From contig NC_004459.3 of assembly GCF_000039765.1 (NCBI RefSeq), positions 2,834,064-2,866,063 on the forward strand: a stretch of 32,000 nt of DNA. Reading direction: 5' to 3'. The notes below the pieces were generated by a model, which saw only the letters and a list, made by a program, of their open reading frames with translations, made no database searches and was not told the origin of the DNA. This document shows positions 18,188 through 27,770 of the stretch, piece by piece. Each line of letters starts with the position of its first letter. Within the stretch, counting starts at the first letter, position 1. Position numbers and translations under genes: made by a program. This stretch comes from Vibrio vulnificus CMCP6 (GTDB lineage Bacteria > Pseudomonadota > Gammaproteobacteria > Enterobacterales > Vibrionaceae).

Positions 18188-18886
18188 ATGACGATTCGTG
18201 GTGAAAACACAGCAGTCATAGTCGCTGGCGGGACAGGCCTGGTGGGGTCACAATTGATTGAACAGATCTTACCGCATGAAGCAATCAGTACACTTTACGC
18301 CTTAACTCGCCGCCAAATTACCGTCAACATTCCCCAAGCGATCAAACTTGTTAATCTGATCGAGCCCGATTTGCTCATCTCCGATTGGCCAGATGAAAGA
18401 GCGAGGCCCACGGTAGGCTTCATCTGTTTAGGAACAACCAAAAAGCAAGCCGGAAGCCAAGAGCAATTGCGTCAGATTGATGTTGAACTGGTGTGCCAAG
18501 TCGCTCAAACCATGAAATTGCTTGGTGTCACACGAGTCGCAGTGGTATCAAGCCTCGGCGCAGACGCACAATCGCGCTTCCATTACCTCAAATGTAAAGG
18601 ACAGATGGAGCGTGCTCTCATGAATATGGGCTTTGAACAGCTCGTCATCGTTCGCCCCGGCCCACTCAAGGGCCAACGCCACGCCTCGCGCAGTGATGAA
18701 AAATGGTTGCAACGCCTGATGCGCCCGTTTGTACCCTTAATGCGCGGCAAGCTCCGCAATTACACCCCTATCGATGCCAAAGAGGTCGCGCTAGCCATGC
18801 TCTATCGCGTTTTTGCACCTCATCCACAGAAAGTGGAAATTCTGCATAAAAACGAGATGGTTAAATTGCTCGAACAATACCGCTAA
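18188..18886 (+). CDS. NAD(P)-binding Rossmann-fold oxidoreductase (atypical/extended SDR-like)
   Basis: AVIVAGGTGLVGSQLIEQIL (GGTGxxG), AVVSSLGADAQSRFHYLKCKGQMERAL, IVRPGPLKG. The ORF-track start at 18095 lies within the preceding terminator region, so ATG 18188 is preferred. Confidence 0.8.
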   Translation: MTIRGENTAVIVAGGTGLVGSQLIEQILPHEAISTLYALTRRQITVNIPQAIKLVNLIEPDLLISDWPDERARPTVGFICLGTTKKQAGSQEQLRQIDVELVCQVAQTMKLLGVTRVAVVSSLGADAQSRFHYLKCKGQMERALMNMGFEQLVIVRPGPLKGQRHASRSDEKWLQRLMRPFVPLMRGKLRNYTPIDAKEVALAMLYRVFAPHPQKVEILHKNEMVKLLEQYR

Positions 18887-18959
18887 ACACGGGAACTCAT
18901 TGCCAGCAAGGGCTCACAATGGTCTAATACACGCTTCGTTTGAACGCTAGGTAAGCCGA

Positions 18960-20381
18960 ATGCAGCAAGACAATCAGCCCACTTTCTTCTTTTTTGACTA
19001 TGAGACTTGGGGAACCAGTCCAGCAAAAGATCGCCCATCGCAATTTGCTAGCGTTCGTACCGATGAAAACTTCAATATCATCGGCGAACCATTGGTGATT
19101 TATTGTCGCCCACCTGCCGATTATTTACCGGCCCCCGAAGCCGCACTCATTACCGGAATTACGCCACAAAAAGCGCAGAAAGAAGGCTTACCCGAGCCAG
19201 AATTTATCGCAAAAATCCACGCAGAGTTGTCGCGTCCGAACACCACTAGCCTTGGCTACAACAGCATTCGCTTTGATGACGAAGTCACGCGTTATACCTG
19301 CTATCGCAATTTCCTCGATCCCTATTCATGGAGCTGGCAAAACGGCAATTCACGCTGGGATCTGCTTGATGTGATGCGAGCTTGTCACGCATTAAGACCG
19401 GAAGGCGTAGAATGGCCGGAAAATGAAGAAGGCTTTACCAGCTTTAAACTGGAGCACCTTTCTGTGGCCAATGGCATTGAACACAGTAACGCCCATGATG
19501 CGATGGCCGATGTGATCGCCACCATCGAAATGGCGAAAAAAGTCAAAGCCGCGCAACCCAAATTGTTTGATTACTTCTTTAGCATGCGCCATAAGCGTAA
19601 GCTCAATGAGCTGATCGATATTGTTAACATGACCCCTTTGATGCATGTCTCTGGCATGTTAGGCCGAGAATGTCAATACACCAGTTGGATTGTGCCGTTA
19701 GCTTGGCACCCGACCAACAACAATGCGGTGATTGTGGTCGACTTAGCCAAAGATCCTCAACCCCTCTTTGATTTGGATGCCGATGCGCTGCATGAGCGTC
19801 TTTACACTCGTCATGATGAGCTCGGCGATTTATTGCCTGTGCCAGTTAAATTGGTGCACTTGAATAAGTGCCCGATTTTAGCGCCAGCCAAAACCCTCAC
19901 AGCGGAGAACGCCGCCAATATCGGCATCGACCGAGAACAATGTTTGGCAAACTTAGCCCTTATTCGCCAGCATCCAGAAGTGCGAGAAAAGTTGGTGCAG
20001 CTGTTCTCAATTGAACGCGAGTTCGAGAAAAGTCATGATGTCGATACCATGCTGTACGACGGTTTCTTCTCGCCTGCCGACAAAGCCTCGATGGACATTA
20101 TCCGCCAAACCGATCCAACGCACCTTGCCGCTTTGGACATCACGTTTAACGATAAACGCATCGAGCCACTGCTGTTTCGCTACCGTGCGCGCAATTACCC
20201 ATGGACGTTGGATGAGAACGAACAGCGCCGTTGGGCGAATCATTGCCGCGAATACTTCGAAAGTCGAATTGAAGAGTACATGCTTAATTTGGAAAACTTA
20301 GTTCACGAACATGAAAGTGACGAAAAGAAAATGGCGATATTAAAATCCGTGTACCGCTATACTGAGAGCTTGATCTCATAA
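18960..20381 (+). CDS. sbcB: Exodeoxyribonuclease I
   Basis: 473 aa. [30 protein letters not shown]-type exonuclease motif [29 protein letters not shown]. Confidence 0.96.
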   Translation: MQQDNQPTFFFFDYETWGTSPAKDRPSQFASVRTDENFNIIGEPLVIYCRPPADYLPAPEAALITGITPQKAQKEGLPEPEFIAKIHAELSRPNTTSLGYNSIRFDDEVTRYTCYRNFLDPYSWSWQNGNSRWDLLDVMRACHALRPEGVEWPENEEGFTSFKLEHLSVANGIEHSNAHDAMADVIATIEMAKKVKAAQPKLFDYFFSMRHKRKLNELIDIVNMTPLMHVSGMLGRECQYTSWIVPLAWHPTNNNAVIVVDLAKDPQPLFDLDADALHERLYTRHDELGDLLPVPVKLVHLNKCPILAPAKTLTAENAANIGIDREQCLANLALIRQHPEVREKLVQLFSIEREFEKSHDVDTMLYDGFFSPADKASMDIIRQTDPTHLAALDITFNDKRIEPLLFRYRARNYPWTLDENEQRRWANHCREYFESRIEEYMLNLENLVHEHESDEKKMAILKSVYRYTESLIS

Positions 20382-20386
20382 TTGCT

Positions 20387-20404
20387 GGGAGCCAAAGGGC
20401 TCCC
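20387..20404 (+). terminator. Stem-loop after sbcB, possible weak terminator
   Basis: GGGAGCC-aaag-GGCTCCC, followed by attataaaa rather than a T tract. Confidence 0.5.
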
Positions 20405-20427
20405 ATTATAAAAATGACTCCCTAACT

Positions 20428-20799
20428 ATGAAATTCTCCCCCAAAGATTTGTTTGGCCTTGTTCTATCATTTGGCCTTATTTTCCTAGCCCTGACGATTG
20501 GATCAGGCATTCAGCACTGGACAGGAACCTCAGTGCCAGGAAGTGTAATAGGGATGTTGGTGCTGTTCGTATCGATGGCGATTGGCTTGGTCAAAGTCGA
20601 ATGGGTCAAACCGGGCGCAAGCTTATTGATTCGCTACATGATTTTGCTTTTTGTGCCCATCAGTGTCGGGCTGATGGAGCATTTTGACATGCTCATCGCC
20701 AACGCTTTACCTATTATTGCCAGCGCGATTGGTGGTTCACTCATCGTATTAGTCAGCCTTGGTTGGCTGCTGCAGCGCATTCTTGGTAAGGAGGCGTAA
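20428..20799 (+). CDS. CidA/LrgA family (holin-like) membrane protein
   Basis: 123 aa, four hydrophobic segments, [23 protein letters not shown] and [13 protein letters not shown] motifs. Confidence 0.9.
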   Translation: MKFSPKDLFGLVLSFGLIFLALTIGSGIQHWTGTSVPGSVIGMLVLFVSMAIGLVKVEWVKPGASLLIRYMILLFVPISVGLMEHFDMLIANALPIIASAIGGSLIVLVSLGWLLQRILGKEA

Positions 20800-20801
20800 T
20801 C

Positions 20802-21479
20802 ATGTGGTTACTTGTTACTATTGCCGTCTTCTTATTTGCCCGTTGGCTTGCCATCAAAATCAACAATCCTTTGGCTAACCCGCTACTGATCAGTATCGCT
20901 ATTTTGATTCCGATGTTGACGGTGTTAAAGATCCCGTTTGAAACCTATTACGCGGACAATCAATGGATCAGCTACATGTTGCAACCTGCGGTGGTCGCCC
21001 TTGCTTACCCTTTATATGAGCAGTTGCCTCAAATTAAAGCCAATTGGCGAATCATTGCCTTAGCATGCACTTTAGGCAGTGTCATGTCGATGCTCACCGC
21101 CATGCTCATTGCCGTCGCCTTCAAGGCAGACATTAGCTTGATCGCTAGCCTGCTTGGTAAGTCAGTCACAACGCCGATTGCAATGGAAATCTCAAGCCAC
21201 TTAGGAGGCGAAGCCGCCGTTGCTGCTATTCTGGTGCTGCTCGTTGGGCTGTTTGGGGCAATCCTTGCCTACCCAATCTATAACTTGCTTGGCATTAAGC
21301 ACCCTATCGCACGTGGACTCACCATGGGGACAGTTTCGCATGCACTCGGTACCGCGACCTGCGTGGAGAAAGCACCGGGCGACGCCGCCTTTTCTTCTTT
21401 AGCGTTAGTACTGTGTGGCATCATCACTTCTATTCTCGCACCAAGCTTTTTCGCCCTCGCGGTTTGGCTATACGGTTAA
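20802..21479 (+). CDS. CidB/LrgB family membrane protein
   Basis: 225 aa. LLGKSVTTPIAMEISSHLGG, GTVSHALGTATCVEKAPGDAAFSSLALVLCGIITS. Confidence 0.93.
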   Translation: MWLLVTIAVFLFARWLAIKINNPLANPLLISIAILIPMLTVLKIPFETYYADNQWISYMLQPAVVALAYPLYEQLPQIKANWRIIALACTLGSVMSMLTAMLIAVAFKADISLIASLLGKSVTTPIAMEISSHLGGEAAVAAILVLLVGLFGAILAYPIYNLLGIKHPIARGLTMGTVSHALGTATCVEKAPGDAAFSSLALVLCGIITSILAPSFFALAVWLYG

Positions 21480-21497
21480 CACCGACTTCTGACTAAG

Positions 21498-21530
21498 ACG
21501 CCCTCTTGCTTATGCTGAGGGCGTTTTTTT
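21498..21530 (+). terminator. Intrinsic terminator of the lrgA/lrgB-like operon
   Basis: ACGCCCTC-ttgcttatgct-GAGGGCGT followed by a T run. Confidence 0.92.
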
Positions 21531-21754
21531 ATTCACGCTTTTATACAGTGCTATACAGTAGTTTTACTGTTCATCTTACCAATCGACTCAGCTACCAGTG
21601 ATATTCGTCACAAATCCTCATACTTATCACTACGTACCAAACGAAATATAAACCAATAAAAATCAAATAGATAACAACATATCTTTTTCATCAGACAATC
21701 AGTTTAGGTGAAAAATCCAACAAAAAGAGTTGATCAATCGCCTTAAAAAAACTA

Positions 21755-21770
21755 CTGTATACACATACAG
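21755..21770 (+). promoter_or_regulatory. LexA (SOS) box upstream of sulA
   Basis: CTGTATACACATACAG matches CTGT-N8-ACAG; 22 bp upstream of the sulA start. Confidence 0.92.
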
Positions 21771-21791
21771 CATGTATAAAGGAACAGTAAG

Positions 21792-22184
21792 ATGCAGATT
21801 CAAACTCAAACTCGACCCTATTCTCGTTTTAACGTGTTAGCTCAGCCAACCGTACCTATGAATGTTTCTGATCAGTTGTTGCAAAAGCTGGCTAATCTTT
21901 CCGCTCAAAACCAGTGGATTTTGTTTACAGCCGAGTGCCCAAGACCTGACTTTGCACAACTTACTGCTTCCAATATCCGCTGCCAGAACGTCATCCAGAT
22001 GAAAACTTCTCAGACGATGACTGAAATGGAGATCGTGATGAAAGCAATTCGCTCTGGCAATGCCGCTGCGGTTGTCGCATCCGATCAAATCGATTTGATT
22101 AACCAATCTTTGCTTAGCGATCTCGCTCGCGAGTATGGCTGTGAAGTGTTTTTCGTTGAAGGCAGAGCACACAAGTATCACTAA
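21792..22184 (+). CDS. sulA: SulA-like SOS cell division inhibitor
   Basis: SulA/RecA-like central segment QWILFTAECPRPDFAQLTASNIRCQNVIQMKTSQTMTEMEIVMKAIRSGNAAAVVAS; LexA box immediately upstream. Confidence 0.88.
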   Translation: MQIQTQTRPYSRFNVLAQPTVPMNVSDQLLQKLANLSAQNQWILFTAECPRPDFAQLTASNIRCQNVIQMKTSQTMTEMEIVMKAIRSGNAAAVVASDQIDLINQSLLSDLAREYGCEVFFVEGRAHKYH

Positions 22185-22213
22185 CAAGTTCAACGTTATC
22201 CATCCTGCATCTC

Positions 22214-22238
22214 GCCTCCCAAATGGGAGGCATTTTTT
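22214..22238 (+). terminator. Intrinsic terminator of sulA
   Basis: GCCTCCC-aaat-GGGAGGC-ATTTTTT. Confidence 0.92.
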
Positions 22239-22252
22239 GTTTCGTAAAAACA

Positions 22253-22268
22253 AGGCAAACGTTTGCTT
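22253..22268 (+). promoter_or_regulatory. PurR box upstream of purC
   Basis: AGGCAAACGTTTGCTT contains the perfect palindrome GCAAACGTTTGC, close to the PurR consensus ACGCAAACGTTTGCGT. Confidence 0.82.
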
Positions 22269-22386
22269 TTTCTCTGGCGACTTCAAATAGTTCTGGTATC
22301 ATGCCCCGGTAATCGATGAATCCGTTAGATTTTGTTGTCCGATTCATTTCCCGCATGACGTTTGAAATTATGATAGGAATGTCAAA

Positions 22387-23490
22387 ATGAGCCTTGCTGA
22401 CCAAGTACTTGCCGTCAACGATGACCTACCCATCCGCACCGATAAACCTGTACACAGTGGAAAAGTTCGTTCTGTTTACTGGTTGACCGAAGAAGACAGT
22501 GCCCGACTGATTAAAGAGAAAGGATACAATGTTGCCCCTGACGCCCCATTGGCGATCATGGTGATCAGCGATCGTATTTCCGCTTTTGATTGCATTTGGC
22601 ATGGAGAGCACGGGTTGAATGGCGTACCGGGTAAAGGCGCTGCGCTCAATGCCATTTCAAACCATTGGTTTGGCTTGTTCAAAGAAAATGGCCTTGCTGA
22701 CAGCCACATTCTGGATATTCCACATCCTTTTGTCTGGATCGTACAGAAAGCCAAACCGGTGAAAATCGAAGCGATTTGCCGCAAGTACATTACTGGTTCA
22801 ATGTGGCGTGCTTACGAAAAAGGTGAACGTGAATTCTGTGGTATTCAGCTACCAGAAGGCTTGGAAAAAGACAAAGCATTGCCGGATCTGCTCATGACGC
22901 CATCAACAAAAGGCATTTTGAAAGGCATTCCAGGAGTTCCGGAAGCAGACGACGTTAATATCACCCGCCAAAATATCGCTGACAACTTTGCCGCGTTTAA
23001 TTTCTCTAGTGCCGACGATATCGCGCTTTACGAAAAACTGCTGAAAGACGGCTTTGGTGTGATCAGTGAAGCATTAGCAAACGTGGGGCAAATCTTTGTC
23101 GATACCAAATTTGAATTTGGTTACGTCACGGATGCGGCTGGAAATGAAAAACTGATTTACATGGATGAAGTGGGTACACCAGACTCATCACGAATTTGGG
23201 ATGCCCAAGAGTATCAAGCAGGCAAAATTGTTGAGAATTCAAAAGAAGGCTTTAGACAATTCTTGCTTAACTACTTCCCTGACCCAGATATTTTACTTAA
23301 TAAAGATCGTATGCCTGAGCGTGAAGCGCTCGCTCGCGACAACGAACTACCTGAAGAAGCGCTGATGGCAGTGTCTCGTACTTACATCAACATCGCAGAG
23401 AAAATTACCGGCAGCGCGATCGTCTTAAGCGATAATCCAAAGCAAGAAATCATCGATATCCTTGGTCGCGAATACGGTTTGATTGACTAA
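22387..23490 (+). CDS. purC: Phosphoribosylaminoimidazolesuccinocarboxamide synthase (long form, 367 aa)
   Basis: [68 protein letters not shown]. Confidence 0.95.
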
Positions 23491-23512
23491 GTCATCGCCA
23501 ACGATTCAAAAC

Positions 23513-23546
23513 AAAAAAACGCCTGCATCGCTGCAGGCGTTTTTTC
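23513..23546. terminator. Bidirectional intrinsic terminator between purC and the convergent 134-aa ORF
   Basis: AAAAAAACGCCTGCA-tcgc-TGCAGGCGTTTTTT. Confidence 0.93.
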
Positions 23547-23563
23547 TCGTCACTTGACATTAC

Positions 23564-23968
23564 TTAATCAAACTGAGACTCACTGAGATCTTTCAAGCGG
23601 ATCACGAACACATCTTGTTCTCGGCAGTCAATTTTGCTTTCGCTGCGATTTTGAATGAAGTCGATCTGGGTGGGCTCTAGCGCATACGGCATCACTACCG
23701 TCAGCTCGTCTATCCCCTCCAGTTTTGCCAGTTTGAGTAGCGTCACCAAGTTGGATTCATCGCTACGGCGTGAAGACATGCTCTTTAAGGCGGCGTCCCA
23801 CAATCGATCTTCTGGTTCTGAAAGCTCTGCAATACTGTTCTTCCACATCACACCAAAAACTGGAGCAAAGGTGGTTAAGGCTTCTAAAAACGTCCATTTT
23901 TTACTGCATGAAGCCCCTAGAAAACTGGTGTAGTCGAATTCGACGTGTCTCTTTCCCTGTTTTTCCAT
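23564..23968 (-). CDS. Hypothetical protein (134 aa)
   Basis: Complete ORF; shares a bidirectional terminator with purC. No family recognised. Confidence 0.6.
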   Translation of the reverse strand: MEKQGKRHVEFDYTSFLGASCSKKWTFLEALTTFAPVFGVMWKNSIAELSEPEDRLWDAALKSMSSRRSDESNLVTLLKLAKLEGIDELTVVMPYALEPTQIDFIQNRSESKIDCREQDVFVIRLKDLSESQFD

Positions 23969-24206
23969 TTTGTCCCCCGACAGATTGGCAACACAACATA
24001 CTCAATATCAGTCAAGTGTTTTGATATAGCAATAGGATATAAAACAATGGTCTTTTATGCCCTAGTTTCGAGAGGAAAAGAAATATTAAAACCAGAGTTG
24101 TAACAATCGTCACTCAGACCCTTTAACGATATGCGTCGGATTGATTAATATTTTGCGTTTAAAACAAATACCCTCCCATTTAAGAGAGGGAGAGCATCGT
24201 TTTTAC

Positions 24207-24974
24207 TTACCAGCGTACCAGCTTGAAACCGGCACCGATCCGAGTTTGATTGTGGTCATAATCGATCAGAGTTTCACCATAACCATGGTACGCCTGAATG
24301 TAGATGCCAATCAGATCATTAAAGTAAAAGGTATAGCCCACTTCTACGCCACCACGGCTGTCATCCCAATTGTAGAATCCTCGAGCATTAAATATGCCTG
24401 CCGCGCTGTAAAGCTTCATCCAAATTTCATACGGTGCGTAGTAATCTTCAATATCTCGGTTTTCTGATGTATCCCCCACCACAGACCAAAGGTGCACACC
24501 GTACTCCAACGGCCCATCCAAACGCTCTGCAGCAAGGTAGAGACGATCCCAACTACGAGATAACGCCGATGAACGACCATTAGACTCGTGCTTATAGCCC
24601 GCCTCCAAATGGTTAAAGATCAGCATATTGCTTTGATGAGCAATAAACAGCTGGGGCTTATAGTTGGTTTCTCTAAAGGGAGAAGAGATATCTGAATTGG
24701 CCAACTGCCAAAGGGATTTTTGCGTATAGGAACCCACGACGGCAGTGGCTTTATTGAATCGATAGAGGGGAACCGAAACCGAGAGCTGAAACTTCACTTC
24801 GAAGTGCTGCAAATTATCCATGCCGGAACCACTGGCTTCATAGGCTTCATCATTGATATCGGAGGTATAAGTGCCAAGCGCATAGTTATCTTCATAACTG
24901 GAAATGGTATTGAGGCTTTTCGCCTGAGCAAACAAAGGGGCGGTTAAGAGCAATGCGAGCGCTTTAAACTTCAT
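24207..24974 (-). CDS. pldA: Outer membrane phospholipase A
   Basis: Signal peptide MKFKALALLLTAPLFAQA; OMPLA catalytic motif YKHESNGRSSALSRSWDRLY; beta-barrel-like ending. Confidence 0.92.
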   Translation of the reverse strand: MKFKALALLLTAPLFAQAKSLNTISSYEDNYALGTYTSDINDEAYEASGSGMDNLQHFEVKFQLSVSVPLYRFNKATAVVGSYTQKSLWQLANSDISSPFRETNYKPQLFIAHQSNMLIFNHLEAGYKHESNGRSSALSRSWDRLYLAAERLDGPLEYGVHLWSVVGDTSENRDIEDYYAPYEIWMKLYSAAGIFNARGFYNWDDSRGGVEVGYTFYFNDLIGIYIQAYHGYGETLIDYDHNQTRIGAGFKLVRW

Positions 24975-25175
24975 TGTGTTCCTTCAGTGATAGATGCTTA
25001 GCCATTTGTTCGAGAACCGTTATTTCTCTTTCAAACACTAAACAAGGGCTTGAGCAAGTTGCCATAAAGCGGCAAATGAAAACATTCATCGCTCAATAAA
25101 GCAAATATTATTCCAGGCCAATCATTTCAAAACAAAATATCTCTCACCCACCATTAACACAATGAAACCCTTGTT

Positions 25176-27521
25176 TTAACGAACATCAATCACTCGACTC
25201 GCTTTACGATATTGCACTCGCCAGCCGGAAAAACGAGGCAATTCCCAACGCTTAGGATCGCCTTTGCGGTTGCCGCCAGCGAAGACCACTTGCACCAACT
25301 TGCCAGCAGGAAAATATTCCACCGTCAGCTGTAAATCAGGCAAAGAGAGCGATAACGGAAATTGCTCAGCAAAATCCTTGTATTGCCAATCTGGGATCCC
25401 TCGATACGGGAAATCATGGCTTTCAAACAGTGCCATTTCATCCACTTCGTTCACTCCCATGGCATCAAGCTGCTCGCGTAACCATTGGTCAAAGTCCAGT
25501 AATCCGATGGGGCGTTGCTCTTCATTCAAGCCTAACGCACAATACAAGTGCCAATGCGTCATTTGTGTCGTGACAAACGCATAGAGATCCGGCAGCAACT
25601 GGCCTTTTTTTACCAGAGCAACGATGGTTTCAATGGCATCCTCTCCTTGAGGTTGTTCAAGCCTGCTCTCCACCACTCGACCAGCGTAAACCAGTTGCAT
25701 CTCCACTTCGACCGCATCGTTTGATGGGCGCGTTTCCCCTTGTCGCCACTCCCCTAACTCGAGTTCGTTAATCAAGGTCAACGGAGCGGGCATGATCACG
25801 CTGGCTAAGTTGAGCGTCTGTTTCACACCTTTCCCCGGCAAGCTATGGCTATCTAACACAAGAGCAAGCTCGTGTTTGTCAGAGAAACGGCTTTGGCGAC
25901 CGACCATCATTTCCATCTTTCCATTCCCCAACGCCTCACGTCGTTTGGTTCGGCGGATAAAGACCAACTCTGGATGCAAACGAGCGATCGCCTTAACCAG
26001 TTCAACCCGCGTGTATCTCGAACTCACTTCAAGATCGGGCAGTTCAAACAGATCGCGCATTTGTTGAGACAAGCCTCGCGCTTCCTCTAACGCCCCTTCA
26101 TCCACGATCACACCACTAAAGCGCTGACCACGAATGAGTTGAATCATTAACGTGGCGTCGCACTGTTGCGGCTCTTGTTCAAGTAGTGTCTCAACCTCTT
26201 CGCCACCCTTGATTTGATACAGCGCCGCAGGGACAGAGAGACCAGCGGCGAGATCAATCATCGCCTCTTTGAGTGCCTTGGTTGGCATGCGAGTGACAAG
26301 GTCGGCGTAAAGCGTGTCAACAGGTAAGGGATAGAGCTTTTGTCCGTGCTCGGTCACTTTGCCTTCGGCTGTGATGGCCTGCATGCCATTGAGTATCTTG
26401 TGTGCCTGCACAAGAGATTTCTCTGGCAAACCATCTAAAAACTCAAGCTCGGCCAAGCGATAGCCACAACACGCCGCTGCCAACATCGGCTCGCTGAGTT
26501 CTTCTCGCTGCAGTTCGGGGGGCGTGGCAAGTTCAAGTGGCGCGTGTTCACCGTACAGACGCAAACATTGGCCAGCCATAACACGACCAGCACGCCCTGC
26601 TCTTTGTGCCGCACTGGCCTTGGAAATATGGGAAAGGATCAAGGTTGTTCGACCATTTCGTTGTATGGTGCGTCGCTCTAAGCCACTGTCAATCACGGTG
26701 GTGATGTTCGGTATCGTCAGCGAGGTTTCCGCCACATTGGTCGCTAACACAACTTTGCGCTGGGCTTGCACGCTTAAAGCAATGCGTTTCTCTTCCTCTG
26801 ACACTGAGGCATGCAGCTTTGCCACAACCAAAGAGGGTTGTGCTTGCAACTGACTGGCAAGGTTTGAAATCTCTTTCCTGCCGGGTAAGAAAACTAAGAT
26901 ATCTTGCCCTTCGGTTTGTAACACTTCCTTGATTGCTGCCAACACGTCATGCTCACACTGTTTCTTGCTGGGCAAGAGGTGACTCTCTTTGGCTCGATAT
27001 TCGATGCTGACCGGGTAGCAGCGACCTTGAGATTGCAAACGTTCGGCATTGAGATATTTCGCCAGCTTTTCACCCGCCAACGTCGCTGAGGTTAAAACCA
27101 AGCGATGGTTATTTTGCGCTTTGAGCATCGCAGTGAGAAGATCCATGTCCCATCGACGCTCATGAAATTCATCAATGATAATGATATCAAACGCACTCAG
27201 ACCATCTTCCGCTAACCAACGTAACGCTACACCCGGCGTAACAAACACGATATTGGTCTGCGCGTCATAAGCGGCCTGAAGTTTGATCGCATACCCGACT
27301 TTACTCCCCAATGGCTGACCAGATTGCTCAGCCAAAAACTCAGCCAATGACGTACAAGCAATTCGCCTTGGTTCAATCACCAGCACTCGACCATGCTCTG
27401 CCGCCCACAATGGCAAGCGAGTGGATTTTCCTGAACCAGTTTCAGCTTCCACCACAAGATGCGTGTGGCCAAGGTGATGATCAAATTGCGCTTTGATGAT
27501 GTCGATAGGGAGTGTGGACAT
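25176..27521 (-). CDS. HrpB-like DEAH/RHA-family ATP-dependent helicase, divergent C-terminus
   Basis: 781 aa. EAETGSGKSTRLPLW, IIIDEFHERRWD, LTSATLAG, VVLATNVAETSLTIPNIT, QRAGRAGR motifs. Confidence 0.87.
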   Translation of the reverse strand: MSTLPIDIIKAQFDHHLGHTHLVVEAETGSGKSTRLPLWAAEHGRVLVIEPRRIACTSLAEFLAEQSGQPLGSKVGYAIKLQAAYDAQTNIVFVTPGVALRWLAEDGLSAFDIIIIDEFHERRWDMDLLTAMLKAQNNHRLVLTSATLAGEKLAKYLNAERLQSQGRCYPVSIEYRAKESHLLPSKKQCEHDVLAAIKEVLQTEGQDILVFLPGRKEISNLASQLQAQPSLVVAKLHASVSEEEKRIALSVQAQRKVVLATNVAETSLTIPNITTVIDSGLERRTIQRNGRTTLILSHISKASAAQRAGRAGRVMAGQCLRLYGEHAPLELATPPELQREELSEPMLAAACCGYRLAELEFLDGLPEKSLVQAHKILNGMQAITAEGKVTEHGQKLYPLPVDTLYADLVTRMPTKALKEAMIDLAAGLSVPAALYQIKGGEEVETLLEQEPQQCDATLMIQLIRGQRFSGVIVDEGALEEARGLSQQMRDLFELPDLEVSSRYTRVELVKAIARLHPELVFIRRTKRREALGNGKMEMMVGRQSRFSDKHELALVLDSHSLPGKGVKQTLNLASVIMPAPLTLINELELGEWRQGETRPSNDAVEVEMQLVYAGRVVESRLEQPQGEDAIETIVALVKKGQLLPDLYAFVTTQMTHWHLYCALGLNEEQRPIGLLDFDQWLREQLDAMGVNEVDEMALFESHDFPYRGIPDWQYKDFAEQFPLSLSLPDLQLTVEYFPAGKLVQVVFAGGNRKGDPKRWELPRFSGWRVQYRKASRVIDVR

Positions 27522-27683
27522 AAAATTTCACTGCGTTTAAATGTGTTTCGGAGTATACCCTTAAACTTTCATCACAGGGGCGTACTCTGGTCATTTCTCT
27601 GTGATTCAGTATTAAAACGCTCGGACGTGGATGTTTGAATGCTGATATTTCGCGCATAAAGCAACTTTTTTTGTGCGTTTGAT

Positions 27684-27697
27684 TTGATGTATATCAA
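27684..27697 (+). promoter_or_regulatory. FNR-type box upstream of maeA
   Basis: TTGATgtatATCAA is an exact match to TTGATNNNNATCAA, 73 bp before the maeA start. Confidence 0.7.
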
Positions 27698-27770
27698 GCG
27701 CTATTTACAACCAATTAGTGAAGCCGTTATCATTTTTAGCGTTTCCTCAAAAACCCTACTAAGGCACCCA

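Noticed and set aside
20802-21479. The lrgA/lrgB-like pair with nearby sbcB and sulA as a phage lysis or defence island
   Set aside because: All genes match ordinary chromosomal families, with no phage structural, integrase or toxin genes nearby.
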